Source: a virus
Taxonomy: Duplodnaviria > Caudoviricetes
Length of the DNA: 64,000 nucleotides
Strand: one strand, 5' to 3'
IMG/VR virus record: IMGVR_UViG_2791355221_000001
Span: 39,234 to 103,233 of that record
Shown: positions 41,309-52,629 of the stretch, one piece after another
Layout of the letters: each line of letters opens with the position of its first letter
Position numbering within the stretch: position 1 is the first letter of the stretch
Notes under the pieces: model-generated
Seen by the model: only the letters and a program-made list of their open reading frames with translations
Database searches by the model: none
What the model was told of the DNA's origin: nothing
Made by a program: the position numbers and the translations under genes

Positions 41309-41811
41309 TAATTGAATAAATACTTATCAGGGCATACAGGATACATAAAAATATAATAAAATATAAATTTTAAGGTAATTGATCGTTGACAAAGACAGTA
41401 AAAATATTATAAAATAAAAATAACAAAATAATAAGTGAGGTTGATACATATGAATCTTAAAATGATTTTCTGGAACGAAAAGCAGAAGGCCGAGTTGGAC
41501 GCATGGATCACTTGCTTAAACAAACTTGGTGTTAAGTACCAGATTACAGAATTCCACAAAATTACACAAGTTAAAGTTTTACACTAAAAAAATCAAAATA
41601 GATAATTTGAGGTGAAAATTAATGTTCGGCAAAGAAGTTGAAGTGTATTTGCCTTATAGTGGAATAAGAGTTAAGGTGTTCGTATTTTGCACACCAGACA
41701 CACCAGAAATTGAGCTAAAAAAAGAGCACTACATAAGCTGATGGAAGAATGTAGAACGACTTTGGCAGAAATGTAATGAAACTATATTTTCATTGGGAGA
41801 TGAGTTGAACT

Positions 41812-42057
41812 ATGACAGTGGAAAAAGCTCTAGAAACACTTGAGGAATATATTATAAATAATAAAACTGATGTTCTTGATGAAGCATACTTGACATTGAT
41901 GAAGGGTTTTAATGAACTACAAGAGAAAGTGAAAACTCTTACTGAAGATAAGGCAAAAGTTGAAGAAGAGCTTGAAGAAAGAAAGGCAATTATGTGGAAC
42001 GATCCAAACTTTAGAGGGCAATTAGTTCAACAATTATTTAATAAGCAAATAAAATGA
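41812..42057 (+). CDS. Coiled-coil hypothetical protein
   Basis: ORF after junction palindrome and GGGAG RBS. Confidence 0.6.
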   Translation: MTVEKALETLEEYIINNKTDVLDEAYLTLMKGFNELQEKVKTLTEDKAKVEEELEERKAIMWNDPNFRGQLVQQLFNKQIK

Positions 42058-42061
42058 TCCT

Positions 42062-42421
42062 TTGAAAAGGTGGCTACTTCAAATGGCAATTGTAAAATGT
42101 AAAATTCAACGCTGTAACATTATGATTGATGATTCAGATGGAAGTAACAAGTGTGGAAAATGCAAAGCTAGAACAGGTAATCATCATGATAGGCTTCGTC
42201 AGAAAGCGTTTAAGACCTTTGGTAAAGTGTGTATGAATACAAACTGTGAACTAACTAGTAGAGGGGTTCCGTTGCCTACTGATGTATTAGAAGTAGACCA
42301 TATTAAAGAAGTAAGTAGTTTCCCAGATAATGCAAATGTGCAAGAAATAAACGACATTTCCAACTTGCAGGTGTTATGTGTTTATTGCCATAAATTAAAG
42401 AAAAAACACACAATAGAATGA
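42062..42421 (+). CDS. HNH endonuclease
   Basis: LEVDHI...NLQVLCVYCHK. Confidence 0.8.
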   Translation: MKRWLLQMAIVKCKIQRCNIMIDDSDGSNKCGKCKARTGNHHDRLRQKAFKTFGKVCMNTNCELTSRGVPLPTDVLEVDHIKEVSSFPDNANVQEINDISNLQVLCVYCHKLKKKHTIE

Positions 42422-42663
42422 ATATTTTATTAGAAATGGAGTGTTAAGCGATGTATACTGTTGAGGCTTTTTATGGTGATGGATATGAGTTAGTTTATGC
42501 AACTGGAAATTACGACGAGGTAAATAATCTAGTTCCAGCACAGTTTGAAGATGCTATGTTTTTGCTTATTAAACAGTGGGTTTGTGGTGACATTACAAAT
42601 CGATGGGAAGTGCGATAAAAGGATTCTTGTATTGGGAGTTTTAAATGACAAAGGAGATTAGAT

Positions 42664-43352
42664 ATCATAAAAAAGAAAATTGATGATAGTGTAAGATATA
42701 AAATCATTGAAGGCGAGAAGCACAAAATTTGTAGGATATGTGAAAATTATTATTTAATGAACAGCATTAATTTCTATTTAAATAACTCAAGTAAAGATTC
42801 CTATGATTCATATTGTAAGTCATGCGCTAAGACAAAATCTAGAAAATGGGAAATTGATAATCCTGAAAAATATAAAGCATTAAATAAATCAAAAATGCCA
42901 AGTAAAAACCCTGTAAGGTTAGAAAGATGTAGGGAGTTTAATAAAAAAGATCAAGCAAAAGAATACATGAGTGAGTGGCGCAATAACAATAAAGATAAAT
43001 TAAAGATTTATGGAGAACAGCAACAAAATAAAAAACATGATATAACAGACAAACAATGGATATATTGCAAACATTATTTTCAAAACTGCTGTGCCTATTG
43101 TGGCTTACTATTGATAATCATTATAGAAAGTACGCTGGGAAACAACAAAAAATAGATTTGCATCGAGAGCATGTGATTCATAACGGAAGTAATAAAATTG
43201 ATAATTGTATTCCTTCTTGTCTAAATTGTAATTCCAGTAAGCACGATCATGATTTTGAAAAGTGGTACAGTCAAAGAAATGTAAATTACACAGTAGATAG
43301 AATTGATAAAATATATAAGTGGTTAAAAGAAGATTGGAAAGATTGCTATTGA
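42664..43352 (+). pseudogene. HNH endonuclease split by a 1-nt frameshift near 43105
   Basis: CCAYCG in one frame; HREHV...NCIPSCLNCNSSK in the other. Confidence 0.75.
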
Positions 43353-43371
43353 AAGAAGTATTTTAAAAGGA

Positions 43372-43578
43372 GTGAAGAAAATGAAAGAACAGGTTAATTT
43401 CACAAAAATTTATATATTGATAGGCAGAATTTTGTTAGCAATTTTTATAGGTAAATTAGCTGCCTATGTTTTTATTGGAAATTGGGATTCAGTAATAAAA
43501 GCATCAATCGGATTACTTATATTTACAACAGTATATGTTCTTTGCAGATGGAATTTAACAGGAAAAGCTAGGCTATAA
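43372..43578 (+). CDS. Two-TM small protein
   Basis: Two hydrophobic helices. Confidence 0.65.
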   Translation: MKKMKEQVNFTKIYILIGRILLAIFIGKLAAYVFIGNWDSVIKASIGLLIFTTVYVLCRWNLTGKARL

Positions 43579-43639
43579 AATAAGTCTTTAAATGGGATTT
43601 TCAGAAAATTAAGATACATAAAAAAGGAGCTTAAATATT

Positions 43640-44131
43640 ATGCAAACTAAATTTAAATATTTACTAAATGTTGTTGCTAAAGATTCTGTATCGGGTTTTG
43701 AAGGTGTGCTTATTGCTCGTAATGCTCATTTGTTCGGTTGTGCTCAATATGGTTTAGCTCCAAAAGAACTTGGTTCAGATGGTTCTCCAAGAAAAACAGA
43801 ATACTTCGATGAATCAAGGATTGAAATTCTAGATGCAACTAATGCTGCAGATTGTGAAAACGACTATGATAGAATCTTTGCCATTCCATTGGGATCAGAG
43901 GTAAAAGACAAAGTGTCAGGATTTCAAGGAAAAGCACTTGTGATCATGGAAAATCTTCATAATTGTAACCAGTATTACTGTGAGCCTGCAGTTGATAAGT
44001 GTGGAAAGCCTCAAGATGGACAATGGTTTGATGAAGGAAGATTGGCGTTTGTCAGCAAAGGTATTACTCCAGAAGAAGTTGCAGCACCTAAACGTGGAGC
44101 TGTATTCTCTCGTGATTTGCCGCGGAAATAG
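43640..44131 (+). CDS. Tandem two-repeat phage protein
   Basis: KD.VSGF.G...C.QY...P...FDE.R occurs twice. Confidence 0.75.
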   Translation: MQTKFKYLLNVVAKDSVSGFEGVLIARNAHLFGCAQYGLAPKELGSDGSPRKTEYFDESRIEILDATNAADCENDYDRIFAIPLGSEVKDKVSGFQGKALVIMENLHNCNQYYCEPAVDKCGKPQDGQWFDEGRLAFVSKGITPEEVAAPKRGAVFSRDLPRK

Positions 44132-44162
44132 AATAGGAATTTTCAATGATTAATGTGGGAGG

Positions 44163-45721
44163 TTGCAAACTGATATGGGAATAGGTTATTACAATTTTAA
44201 TAATGTCGGTCTAACGTCAATTGAATCAGCGAGAGAGGAATATCAGAGCTTATATGAAGGCTGTCACTGGTTGACAAAACTTATGTTGAAGTGTTGGATC
44301 AATCATTCTGAAAGTCGCAACAGGAACGGAAATATGCCCTTTACATTTGAAAATTATAACAATTGTATGAATGATCGTTTTTATCTCGAACAAGTAGAAC
44401 TTAATATAATTGACTGCTCAGATATTGGTGGAAAAGAAGAAATTCTGCAGTTATTGAAAAATAGAATTGAACAATGAAATGTGAGTTTTATTTATTGAGG
44501 AGGTGACAGGTGAGTTTATGACAAAGCCAATTATTGAACAACTAAAGGACACTTATCATGGGGATATTGAACCGACGGTCTTGGATTTTCTATTCTTCTG
44601 GAGATTTGCAGGACGTGATTGGTTTATATTTATCGCCAATGATAATTGGGTATGGACGATGGATGAAAACAAGCAAATCTTGCGTGACAATTGGAAAATT
44701 GAAAATTAACATAAAATATGACTTTTATCTAAATGTTGAGATAGGTGAACCAAACTGAAATTAAAAAAAGGCGATCATGTGGTAATGCATTCATGTGATG
44801 AAGCTAACATTCTTGAGAATCATGGGAAGATATGGACTTGCAAGGGTGATGAATTCACAGCTGGTATTGGTCAATTTAAGTATGTAATTCTGGAAGGATA
44901 TAGATATGGTTCTAATGGTGATTTTCCAGTAAAGCATTTGTAGTATGTAGATGTAAAAACCATTTGACAGTATTAATTACATAAAAATAAAGAATATAAA
45001 TGAAAAGAGGAATTGAAATGTCAAATCAAACATCAAATCAGTTTTCGGCCTTTGCTTCATTAAATCGGTACTTTGAATTATCACAGATATCCAAACCTAC
45101 ACAAAAGCAAGCAGAGGAAGCATTGAAGCAGCTTTGCGAGATGTATGAAGTCAAAAGCGAAGAGGAATTGTTTAGCCGCAGCGACGAAGAGTTAACAGAA
45201 ATTTATTTAGAAACGAAATACAAAATTTTGAATGCTGCAAAGGTTGAAACAGATGAAAAATAACAAATATGAAGTCATACTTGTTGGTTATATATCAATT
45301 CAAACTGCAGGCACTGAGTATGAAGCGATTATACTTGCTCAAGCCGAAGCAATTAAGGAAGGTTTGAATTACAGGCTAGTATCAGCTCGTGAAATTGAAT
45401 ACCAAGATTGCCGTTAAAAGAGTGATTTTATTGAGAGAGGGAGGCTGCAGTATGAAATTTTTCTTAGATGGCGATCTAAATCAATTAGCTATTCAAAAAA
45501 ATTGCTTAGAAACCCAGTGTAAGGGGTTTAAATTGAATTTTGAATCAGGTTTTCCCCCATGCTTAGATTCACAAGAAGAATACGACCGAGCAGTGAGTTG
45601 CATTTGGATGGACAAAGTTGAGGGTTGGTGGAATTACAAAAGAGACTTGATATATAGTGGGCACTGTACTGAGGAGAAATTTTATGAGGTTCTAAGAGCT
45701 CGAAACTCAAATAGAAATTAA
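44163..45721 (+). CDS. Run of small hypothetical genes (44163-44477, 44503-44709, 44755-44943 with CTG start, 45000-45263, 45253-45417, 45452-45721)
   Basis: ORFs with RBS, mostly separated by junction palindromes. Confidence 0.6.
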
Positions 45722-45763
45722 AAGAATAAAAATAACTTAATGGAATGTGGAGTGAATTAAAAG

Positions 45764-46456
45764 ATGAATCAAATGGAAATGGAGATGATAAACGATGTTA
45801 CAAAATTAGAAAAGCTACATGGAGATTTAAGTATCACAACAAGATTAAGGCTTGATCAGTTCCTAGACAGTCTTAAGCCTTCGACTAGATTAACATATAG
45901 AAGCACATTAATTAATTTTCTTTATCGTTTAAAAAGTAGCAATCCACTTCAACTCAGGCAATACAACTTAGCCCAATGGGATCAATATGTTTCAGAATAT
46001 TTGTCTACATTCTCAAATAAAACAATAAATAATAAAGCTTATGCAGTGAAAGCGTTCTTTGAATATTTAATAGAAATTGGTGAACGTAAAAGCAATCCGC
46101 TTGAAGGATTTGTGTGGCTGCAGGAGAGCTCAGACAATGAATCCAGACATGTTCTTACATGGGAACAGATTAGCCTTTTAAAAGCCACAATTAGAGATAA
46201 AACGTACGAGGTTTTTATCTGGGGGTATGAAGAAGGTAGAAGGATCTCTGAGACAGGACACAATGGTTCTTATGTTGACTATCATTCGAAATTATTAGGT
46301 AAGCAAATTGGAATAGAAAGTTTAAAGTACTCAGATATTACTGCAGCAAGAAAGAGATTTTACGCGACTTGCCCAGTTACACATCAATATCTTGAGATGA
46401 CTGAAGAAAATTGGATTTTTAAAAATGGATTACTTCAATTTAATAAAAATAAATGA
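45764..46456 (+). CDS. Integrase SAM-like N-terminal domain protein with degenerate catalytic part
   Basis: STRLTYRSTL...TINNKAYAVKAFFEYL...SNPL; GRRISE but no HxxR/Y. Confidence 0.6.
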   Translation: MNQMEMEMINDVTKLEKLHGDLSITTRLRLDQFLDSLKPSTRLTYRSTLINFLYRLKSSNPLQLRQYNLAQWDQYVSEYLSTFSNKTINNKAYAVKAFFEYLIEIGERKSNPLEGFVWLQESSDNESRHVLTWEQISLLKATIRDKTYEVFIWGYEEGRRISETGHNGSYVDYHSKLLGKQIGIESLKYSDITAARKRFYATCPVTHQYLEMTEENWIFKNGLLQFNKNK

Positions 46457-46580
46457 GGTGATATTATGAACTCGGTTTCAGTTGTTGATTCAATCATATT
46501 TAATTGTTTTGGTGGATTATCATTTGTTGGAATTGTTTGGTGCTTCGTTGACTCTATAAAAAAGAATAGGAGTGTAGAAA

Positions 46581-47400
46581 TTGAATAACTCAATTAGAAG
46601 AAGATTTATTAATGATAAAGATGATTTAACTTTTATTTTTCTCACTAGAGGAACAGGATATAAGGTTACTGTTTTTAATAACCATCAAGATATTGAAACT
46701 ACTTTAGATTCAATCAGTAAAGAAGCAGAAGTCTATTACATAAAACAATTACAATCTATGATTATTGAAAAACTTAAGCAATCAAGTCAGATTACAGCGT
46801 AAAGGAGAGATTTTGAGTGAATATTATTGAATTCGCTGAGTCCACATTGAAAACACCTCTGAGCTTCTATCAACGAGAGCTACTGATGTTGATGGACAGT
46901 AATAAGCATGTATTTTTAACAAAGCCGCGAACACATGGGATGAGAGTCATTGATGAAATTTATAAAAAATACTGTGAGGTGATTGTATCGTGAAATACGA
47001 AGATCAGTTTAAGGAGACAGATAAAGTTCAAATAAAGACAGCGTTAGGCAAACTGTTCAAAGGTGAAGTTGAGAAAATTGTGTTTAAAGGTGACGCACCA
47101 ATTGGATTTTGGTGGCATGACAAAGAAGCTGGGTTAGATGAGTTTATTGCTTTTGAGGAAGTTGAAACAGTAGATGTTGTTGAATTGACTAAGCTAGAGA
47201 AAGAACTATACCTCACTCTTGGCGAAAACTATGAAGAATTGGAAAATCTTGCTGATGAATATAAAACAAATCCCCAAGAGATTGTTATAGCGTTTATTCA
47301 TGATCTAATTATGTCTAATTCCAGCGGTGGATCCGATGAAAGAGATGCAGCCAGTAGTTGGTTTAGACGGAATTGTATCAGTGGAGAGTTTGTAAGATAA
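46581..47400 (+). CDS. Hypothetical proteins (46581-46802, 46990-47400)
   Basis: ORFs with RBS. Confidence 0.6.
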
Positions 47401-47574
47401 AAGGAGTATAATCGATGTTAAACGACGATCAACTTGCTTGTGTTCGTGAAATATTAGATGAGGGAGATAGAATTATCTCAGAATTACACGAACAACTTCA
47501 AAAGGAAATGAAAATTAAAGAAGACAATTAAATTCGTATTTCAAGGTAAATAAGAGGGGGAATCCCCCCATATA

Positions 47575-47844
47575 TTATACTTTTATACCCATTGCATGCG
47601 GTAATTTCTCTTCGTCGCTTAATGTACGAATCACGCTTGCGATTCTTAAAATCGTGGTGCCATCTGCTAGTTTAACAGACTCATGGTTATATTGAATCAC
47701 TGTTGAAACTGGTCTAAGTCGTTGATTTCCTTGATAAGCAACAACTTCCTCTTTGATCTTGATAGCTGTTTCAAAATCCTTATCTGTTGTTAACACTTGC
47801 CCAGCCAAAAAAGTCATTATTACTCCTCCTTTATTATGAATCAT
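47575..47844 (-). CDS. Hypothetical protein
   Basis: AGGAGGAG RBS on minus strand. Confidence 0.6.
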   Translation of the reverse strand: MIHNKGGVIMTFLAGQVLTTDKDFETAIKIKEEVVAYQGNQRLRPVSTVIQYNHESVKLADGTTILRIASVIRTLSDEEKLPHAMGIKV

Positions 47845-47922
47845 GGAGTGTAACTATAGCGCATCTGAAAGACTAAATCAAATAATAATTGAGATATAAA
47901 TTCCCAATGGAAAAAGCCTTTC

Positions 47923-48126
47923 ATGAGAGGAAGTATAGCTATGATAAATTACTTTAACTTTCTTGAAGAAAAAGTTGATTCTAAAGCACTTCTTTGGAAT
48001 CACTATGTGAATTGTTGCAAAACACTTGGAACTGAAATTGATATGTCTATAGAGGAGTACTTTAATAAAATGGATGAAGAGAGATTAGAGGAAATAGTGG
48101 ATTATTTCAATTTGAGATCCAAATAA
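47923..48126 (+). CDS. Hypothetical protein
   Basis: ORF ending in a junction palindrome. Confidence 0.55.
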   Translation: MRGSIAMINYFNFLEEKVDSKALLWNHYVNCCKTLGTEIDMSIEEYFNKMDEERLEEIVDYFNLRSK

Positions 48127-48163
48127 AAGTCTTCTTTTATGGGAAATGAAGGAGTGAAAAACA

Positions 48164-48727
48164 TTGAGTTTAGTGGGTTTTTCTGAAAGTACTTTTTCTA
48201 TTAAGGTGCCAATAGGGGCTGTTACATCCCCTTACGGAAGTATTGATAGTGTTCATCATACTCCTCACACTGGCATAGACCTTTATTGCACCATAAACAG
48301 CCCTATTTTCGCTCCTCTGGATGGTGTAATATCAAAGGTTCATGATTATGGGAACGCAGGTCTAGGCAAAGCTGTGTTTGTTAGAATGAATGATGGTAGA
48401 CAGTACATCATGGGACATTTAAATGAAATCAAGGTTCATGCTGGCGACAAGATAATCAAAGGTGATTTGCTAGGTCTTAGTGGTAATACAGGCCATAGCA
48501 CTGGGGCACATTTGCATTTTGCGGCTGTAGATAAAAACGGACGATTCATTGACCCAGAGACCTTATTTGAATCTATACACTCTGGATTTATTTTGTGGAC
48601 TCAAAAGGTGGTTACATTCAGTGATTCATCATACACAGTGTTTGCATCTAATTATGCAGCTCCTACTAATGTAGACTCTTCAAGTATGTTGTTTAAGTTG
48701 CTTGATGCTGCAGTATATATTTTTTGA
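48164..48727 (+). CDS. M23 (LytM-type) peptidoglycan peptidase
   Basis: HTGID, GHL, SGNTGHSTGAHLHF. Confidence 0.9.
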   Translation: MSLVGFSESTFSIKVPIGAVTSPYGSIDSVHHTPHTGIDLYCTINSPIFAPLDGVISKVHDYGNAGLGKAVFVRMNDGRQYIMGHLNEIKVHAGDKIIKGDLLGLSGNTGHSTGAHLHFAAVDKNGRFIDPETLFESIHSGFILWTQKVVTFSDSSYTVFASNYAAPTNVDSSSMLFKLLDAAVYIF

Positions 48728-48764
48728 AATTAAAAAAGCACAGGTTAAATACCTGAGCTTTAGT

Positions 48765-49004
48765 TTAACTATTTTTATCTTCTGATTCCTCTACAATAGA
48801 AATCAATTCCTCAATACTTTTAATATCTAAGGCTTTTATTATGGCGTTTATACTCTCGCGAGAAAAAGTCTTATTTTCATCCTTCGCCATTTCACCAATT
48901 GTAGCTTCTCTTACGTTTGTTAGTTTATGTAGTGCCTTTTGATCAATTCCGTTCTTAATTAATAACTCTTTCAAATTAGATTTAATAATTCTGCGTTTTT
49001 GCAT
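48765..49004 (-). CDS. XRE HTH regulator
   Basis: GIDQKALHKLTNVREATIGEMA. Confidence 0.8.
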   Translation of the reverse strand: MQKRRIIKSNLKELLIKNGIDQKALHKLTNVREATIGEMAKDENKTFSRESINAIIKALDIKSIEELISIVEESEDKNS

Positions 49005-49096
49005 CTATATCCCCTATCTATCCATTGGAAGAATAACGATGCACTTATTATATAGTTGTTAATAGAATGTTGACAATAATTTCTTTTAAAAAAATG

Positions 49097-49160
49097 TTGA
49101 CAATTGCGAAATTCGCAATTATAATATGCAGATAATTCTGTGATTGCTAATTACGCAATT
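49097..49160 (+). promoter_or_regulatory. Consensus SigA promoter with palindromic operators
   Basis: TTGACA-N17-TATAAT; AATTGCGAAATTCGCAATT at 49102-20, second copy 49143-59. Confidence 0.8.
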
Positions 49161-49207
49161 GATATCTTTAGATTTTCCCCTATAAATGCCACCAGTCACC
49201 TTAGATT

Positions 49208-49744
49208 ATGAAGAGTTTAGGAGGGATTGGTCTTATGAGCAAACAATATTGTTTAGAAAAGCTGCGAAACTACAATAAAAGTACCAAAAGTGAAACTTGG
49301 ATTCCAACTGAAAGATACAGTGATTCATTAGAGGCATTATCTTGTTTCTTGGCTGATGGCTATAGGATTGTTGATACACATAGTAATAATAGGGAGGTAA
49401 GAAGAAATTTTGATTCAGAAAATTGGTGATAAATTGAAAAACCTGCCGATTAACTATGGCAGGTTCTTGTAATAAAGAGGAATTTCTATTTAAACGTCAT
49501 CATGAGCTGAGATCCACTCATGTGCGAATTCAGTCAATATAAGATTAAATTTTGTTCCATTTACGCTATGTAAAATAAGTTCAGCTTTGACTATGGCTTC
49601 TTCATTAATATCATTGTGTGCTTTCTTAGTTGCCTCTTCATTACTCAAACCTGCTGTGTTTGTTTCATAAAATGTACTTGAAGCTTGTAGTTGTCCAATT
49701 AAGAAAATCCTTTTTTTGTTATTGTGCATTCTCTGACCTCCCAT
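49208..49744. CDS. Two convergent hypothetical genes (49208-49429 +, 49490-49744 -)
   Basis: ORFs with RBS and a hairpin between them (ACCTGCC..GGCAGGT). Confidence 0.55.
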
Positions 49745-49914
49745 TCTGACTTATATGTGATCCTATGAACCTATAATACTCTCAGACATACATTGTGTCA
49801 ATTGATAATAACATTTTAATTATATTCGACATAATCCGACTTGAATGCATGTTATTTTGTGTTGTGCAAGCGTTATGTTGTGTTGTATTATATGATTTAT
49901 AGAGGTGAATTCTA

Positions 49915-51078
49915 ATGGTAAAATCAGATCTGTCTGCTTCAAATAGATTCCTTTCAGATGCTACAAAGAGTTTGCAAGCTACATTTGGTGAATGTGTTAA
50001 GTTAGCAAGAAACCAAAAAGGACTCTCATTAAGAAAGTTGGGAGAGATTACAGGAATTAGTTATTCTCACTTAAGTAAGATTGAGAGAGGAGAACATTCT
50101 CCAGAAAAAGCCACTATCGATAATCTCGCAAACACTCTCGACTTAAATAAAGAAGATCTTTATATTCTGGCAGGTTATGTACCCAAGAGCTATATTATTG
50201 AATCGACAGTGGGTTCTGGTAAATCAATGTTCATAAAACAAATGTTAAAAGGTAAATATGGGGAGAATAACATTAAGTATGTTCCTATAAATGATGAATT
50301 AGATTTAAATGATTTGCATTATAATAATATTTTAAAAACTATATTTGATATGTATCAGAAATTAATTACTGATCAGGACTTTGAAAGTATCTTATCTAAA
50401 CACTATCGAAGTTTCTTTGCAATTCCAGAAGACAGAAAAGAAGAATTTTATAAGATACTGTTACATGAGAAATTTGAATTACTTGATGATAAAGACAAAT
50501 TTAAATTAATAGAAATAGTTGATCTTAGAAATTCTTTGGCGCGCGCTGAAGTAGCTGCAAATCTCGAAGAGAACAACATTAATAACCTCATCATTACTAA
50601 GTCTCTAACTCGTAGCTCTGATAAAATAAACGAACTGATGCAAAATTTTGGAAGTGTAAATCGAATCAATAATAGAGTGGACAATGATAGTTTTATTCAG
50701 ATACCCATTTATGGTGAAATAAAAGCTGGTTATGACTTCCTAGGAGAACAAAATGTGATTGGATATGAAATAACATCAAAGAATTCTATCTCAGATGGTG
50801 AATATTTTTATCTTAAAGTTAAAGGGGACTCAATGATTGACGATGGGATAATTGATGGATGTAAAGTCCTTGTGAAAAAGCAGAGTAATGTAGAGAATGG
50901 AAAAATAGGAGTAGTTATTATTAATAATGAAGAGGCTACACTAAAAAGAGTTTTCTACGAAGGCAACAAAGTAATTTTAATGGCAGCAAATAAAAGTGAG
51001 AACATACTTCCTAGAACATATGATTTAAACGAAGTGCTTATTCAAGGCCAAGTAAAAAGCTATGTGGTAGATCTATAA
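49915..51078 (+). CDS. CI/LexA-like repressor: XRE HTH, insert, S24 peptidase
   Basis: GLSLRKLGEITGISYSHLSKIERG; AG cleavage site, VKGDSM, ATLKR. Confidence 0.85.
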   Translation: MVKSDLSASNRFLSDATKSLQATFGECVKLARNQKGLSLRKLGEITGISYSHLSKIERGEHSPEKATIDNLANTLDLNKEDLYILAGYVPKSYIIESTVGSGKSMFIKQMLKGKYGENNIKYVPINDELDLNDLHYNNILKTIFDMYQKLITDQDFESILSKHYRSFFAIPEDRKEEFYKILLHEKFELLDDKDKFKLIEIVDLRNSLARAEVAANLEENNINNLIITKSLTRSSDKINELMQNFGSVNRINNRVDNDSFIQIPIYGEIKAGYDFLGEQNVIGYEITSKNSISDGEYFYLKVKGDSMIDDGIIDGCKVLVKKQSNVENGKIGVVIINNEEATLKRVFYEGNKVILMAANKSENILPRTYDLNEVLIQGQVKSYVVDL

Positions 51079-51467
51079 TGGCAAAAATCTCTGTTACTTA
51101 CGATTATTTCAATGATATGCTATGTCCAATGCATATGTTGATCCATTTCGGTAAAGGTAACTTTGATTGGTCTAAAAACTATATTTATATTCCAGTAAAT
51201 TCTCCATTTAAGAGAAAAAGAGCGGAAGATATCTTAGATGATACATTCAGTCTGAGCGTTGCTTCTACTGAGTTAGTGATGAATAAGGATAAAGAGGGAT
51301 ATTTTGGTATTCATATTCCCACAGTTAAGAGTAGAATTAATAAACTACGCGGAGAAGCATTTGTACCTCATTTTCAATTGGAGGATATAGAACAGTTTGT
51401 TATTCAAATTGGAGACATTGAAGAGATTTTAGCTATGGATAAGAACGTTCAATATACGTGGAGATAA
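51078..51467 (+). CDS. Hypothetical protein coupled to the repressor
   Basis: TAATG stop/start overlap. Confidence 0.65.
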   Translation: MAKISVTYDYFNDMLCPMHMLIHFGKGNFDWSKNYIYIPVNSPFKRKRAEDILDDTFSLSVASTELVMNKDKEGYFGIHIPTVKSRINKLRGEAFVPHFQLEDIEQFVIQIGDIEEILAMDKNVQYTWR

Positions 51468-51479
51468 AAAAGAACCTGA

Positions 51480-51758
51480 CTAAGCAGGTTCAGATATTGA
51501 GTATGTATTTATAAGTTCATAACCGCAATTGAAGTCTTCTTCTCCACATGAATCTGTAAATTCATAATAATACCATTTACAGAACCCTTCTTTTACCTTT
51601 ATAATCAAATCATTGAATGAAACACCTACACTAGAATAATCATTTAAATCATTTATGGATGCCAGTGTGTGATCTGGGGAGATTTCTCTGTCATCTTGAT
51701 TTATTAAGATTAATTCTTCTGGGGTGTTTTTTGTTTTGTGCAAATAGGCTATTCTCAT
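51480..51758 (-). CDS. Hypothetical protein
   Basis: GAGGGGG RBS before MRIAYL. Confidence 0.55.
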   Translation of the reverse strand: MRIAYLHKTKNTPEELILINQDDREISPDHTLASINDLNDYSSVGVSFNDLIIKVKEGFCKWYYYEFTDSCGEEDFNCGYELINTYSISEPA

Positions 51759-51912
51759 TTTCTCACCCCCCTCTAAAATACTCATGTTGTCATTAAAAAA
51801 AATATGTGGTAATATTTTAACAACAACTGTTGTACATAATATACTACGTAATTTCGTTGTAGTCAATAATCAACGTAGGATTATTTAAACAACTAAATTG
51901 ATGGTGGTGTGA

Positions 51913-52620
51913 ATGATGAAATATACCGATCTTTTAAAAGAAGCAATAGAGAAATCTTCATTCAGTTTAGGACAATTAGCAGAAATCTTGAATGAACAAG
52001 GACTATCTGTTGATAAATCATATTTAAGTAAGTTGCAAAATGGAAAAGTACCTCCAGCTAACGAAATAACTAATAAGGCTCTTGCAAAATTGTTGAATAT
52101 TAACGAAGATAAGTTAATTATTTCAGCATTTTTCGAAAAAGCACCAATTGAGTTAATTCAAAGAACTAATAGAATTGGTGAGATCCACAAACTTCTTCCT
52201 TTAGTTAGAGAATCAATAGATTTACTAAAAGAAAAAAAAACGGTTAAAAATGAATCATCAATGATGATTGACGTTTTAATGTATCAGCTTGGTTTACAAT
52301 CTTATATGAGTTTAAATTTGACAGATGATCTTATTCAACTAAATGAACTACAAAGAGCGCTATATAGTGAAATAAACAGTTTTGTAAAAGATATTATATT
52401 TCCCCTATTTAAATTGAACGACTACGATCCTTTGCTTGAAAATAGTCGTTTCATTCGTACAGCAACTAAAGAAATGCAAATGCTTTTGATTAGTGCTACT
52501 GGAAATACAGGGGGAAATAAAACAACTACTTTCTCAGATTTAAGTAAAGATGAAAAGGAATTTCTTGAAAAACAATTAACACTATACAGAGAACTAAAAC
52601 TCAAGCCAATGAAAGAATAA
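51913..52620 (+). CDS. XRE HTH regulator
   Basis: SLGQLAEIL...DKSYLSKLQNGKVPPA. Confidence 0.8.
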   Translation: MMKYTDLLKEAIEKSSFSLGQLAEILNEQGLSVDKSYLSKLQNGKVPPANEITNKALAKLLNINEDKLIISAFFEKAPIELIQRTNRIGEIHKLLPLVRESIDLLKEKKTVKNESSMMIDVLMYQLGLQSYMSLNLTDDLIQLNELQRALYSEINSFVKDIIFPLFKLNDYDPLLENSRFIRTATKEMQMLLISATGNTGGNKTTTFSDLSKDEKEFLEKQLTLYRELKLKPMKE

Positions 52621-52629
52621 TTTCATCGT

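Noticed and set aside
44941-44943. In-frame TAG suggesting stop-codon recoding
   Set aside because: Isolated case; TAG ends other genes normally and large genes are intact in the standard code
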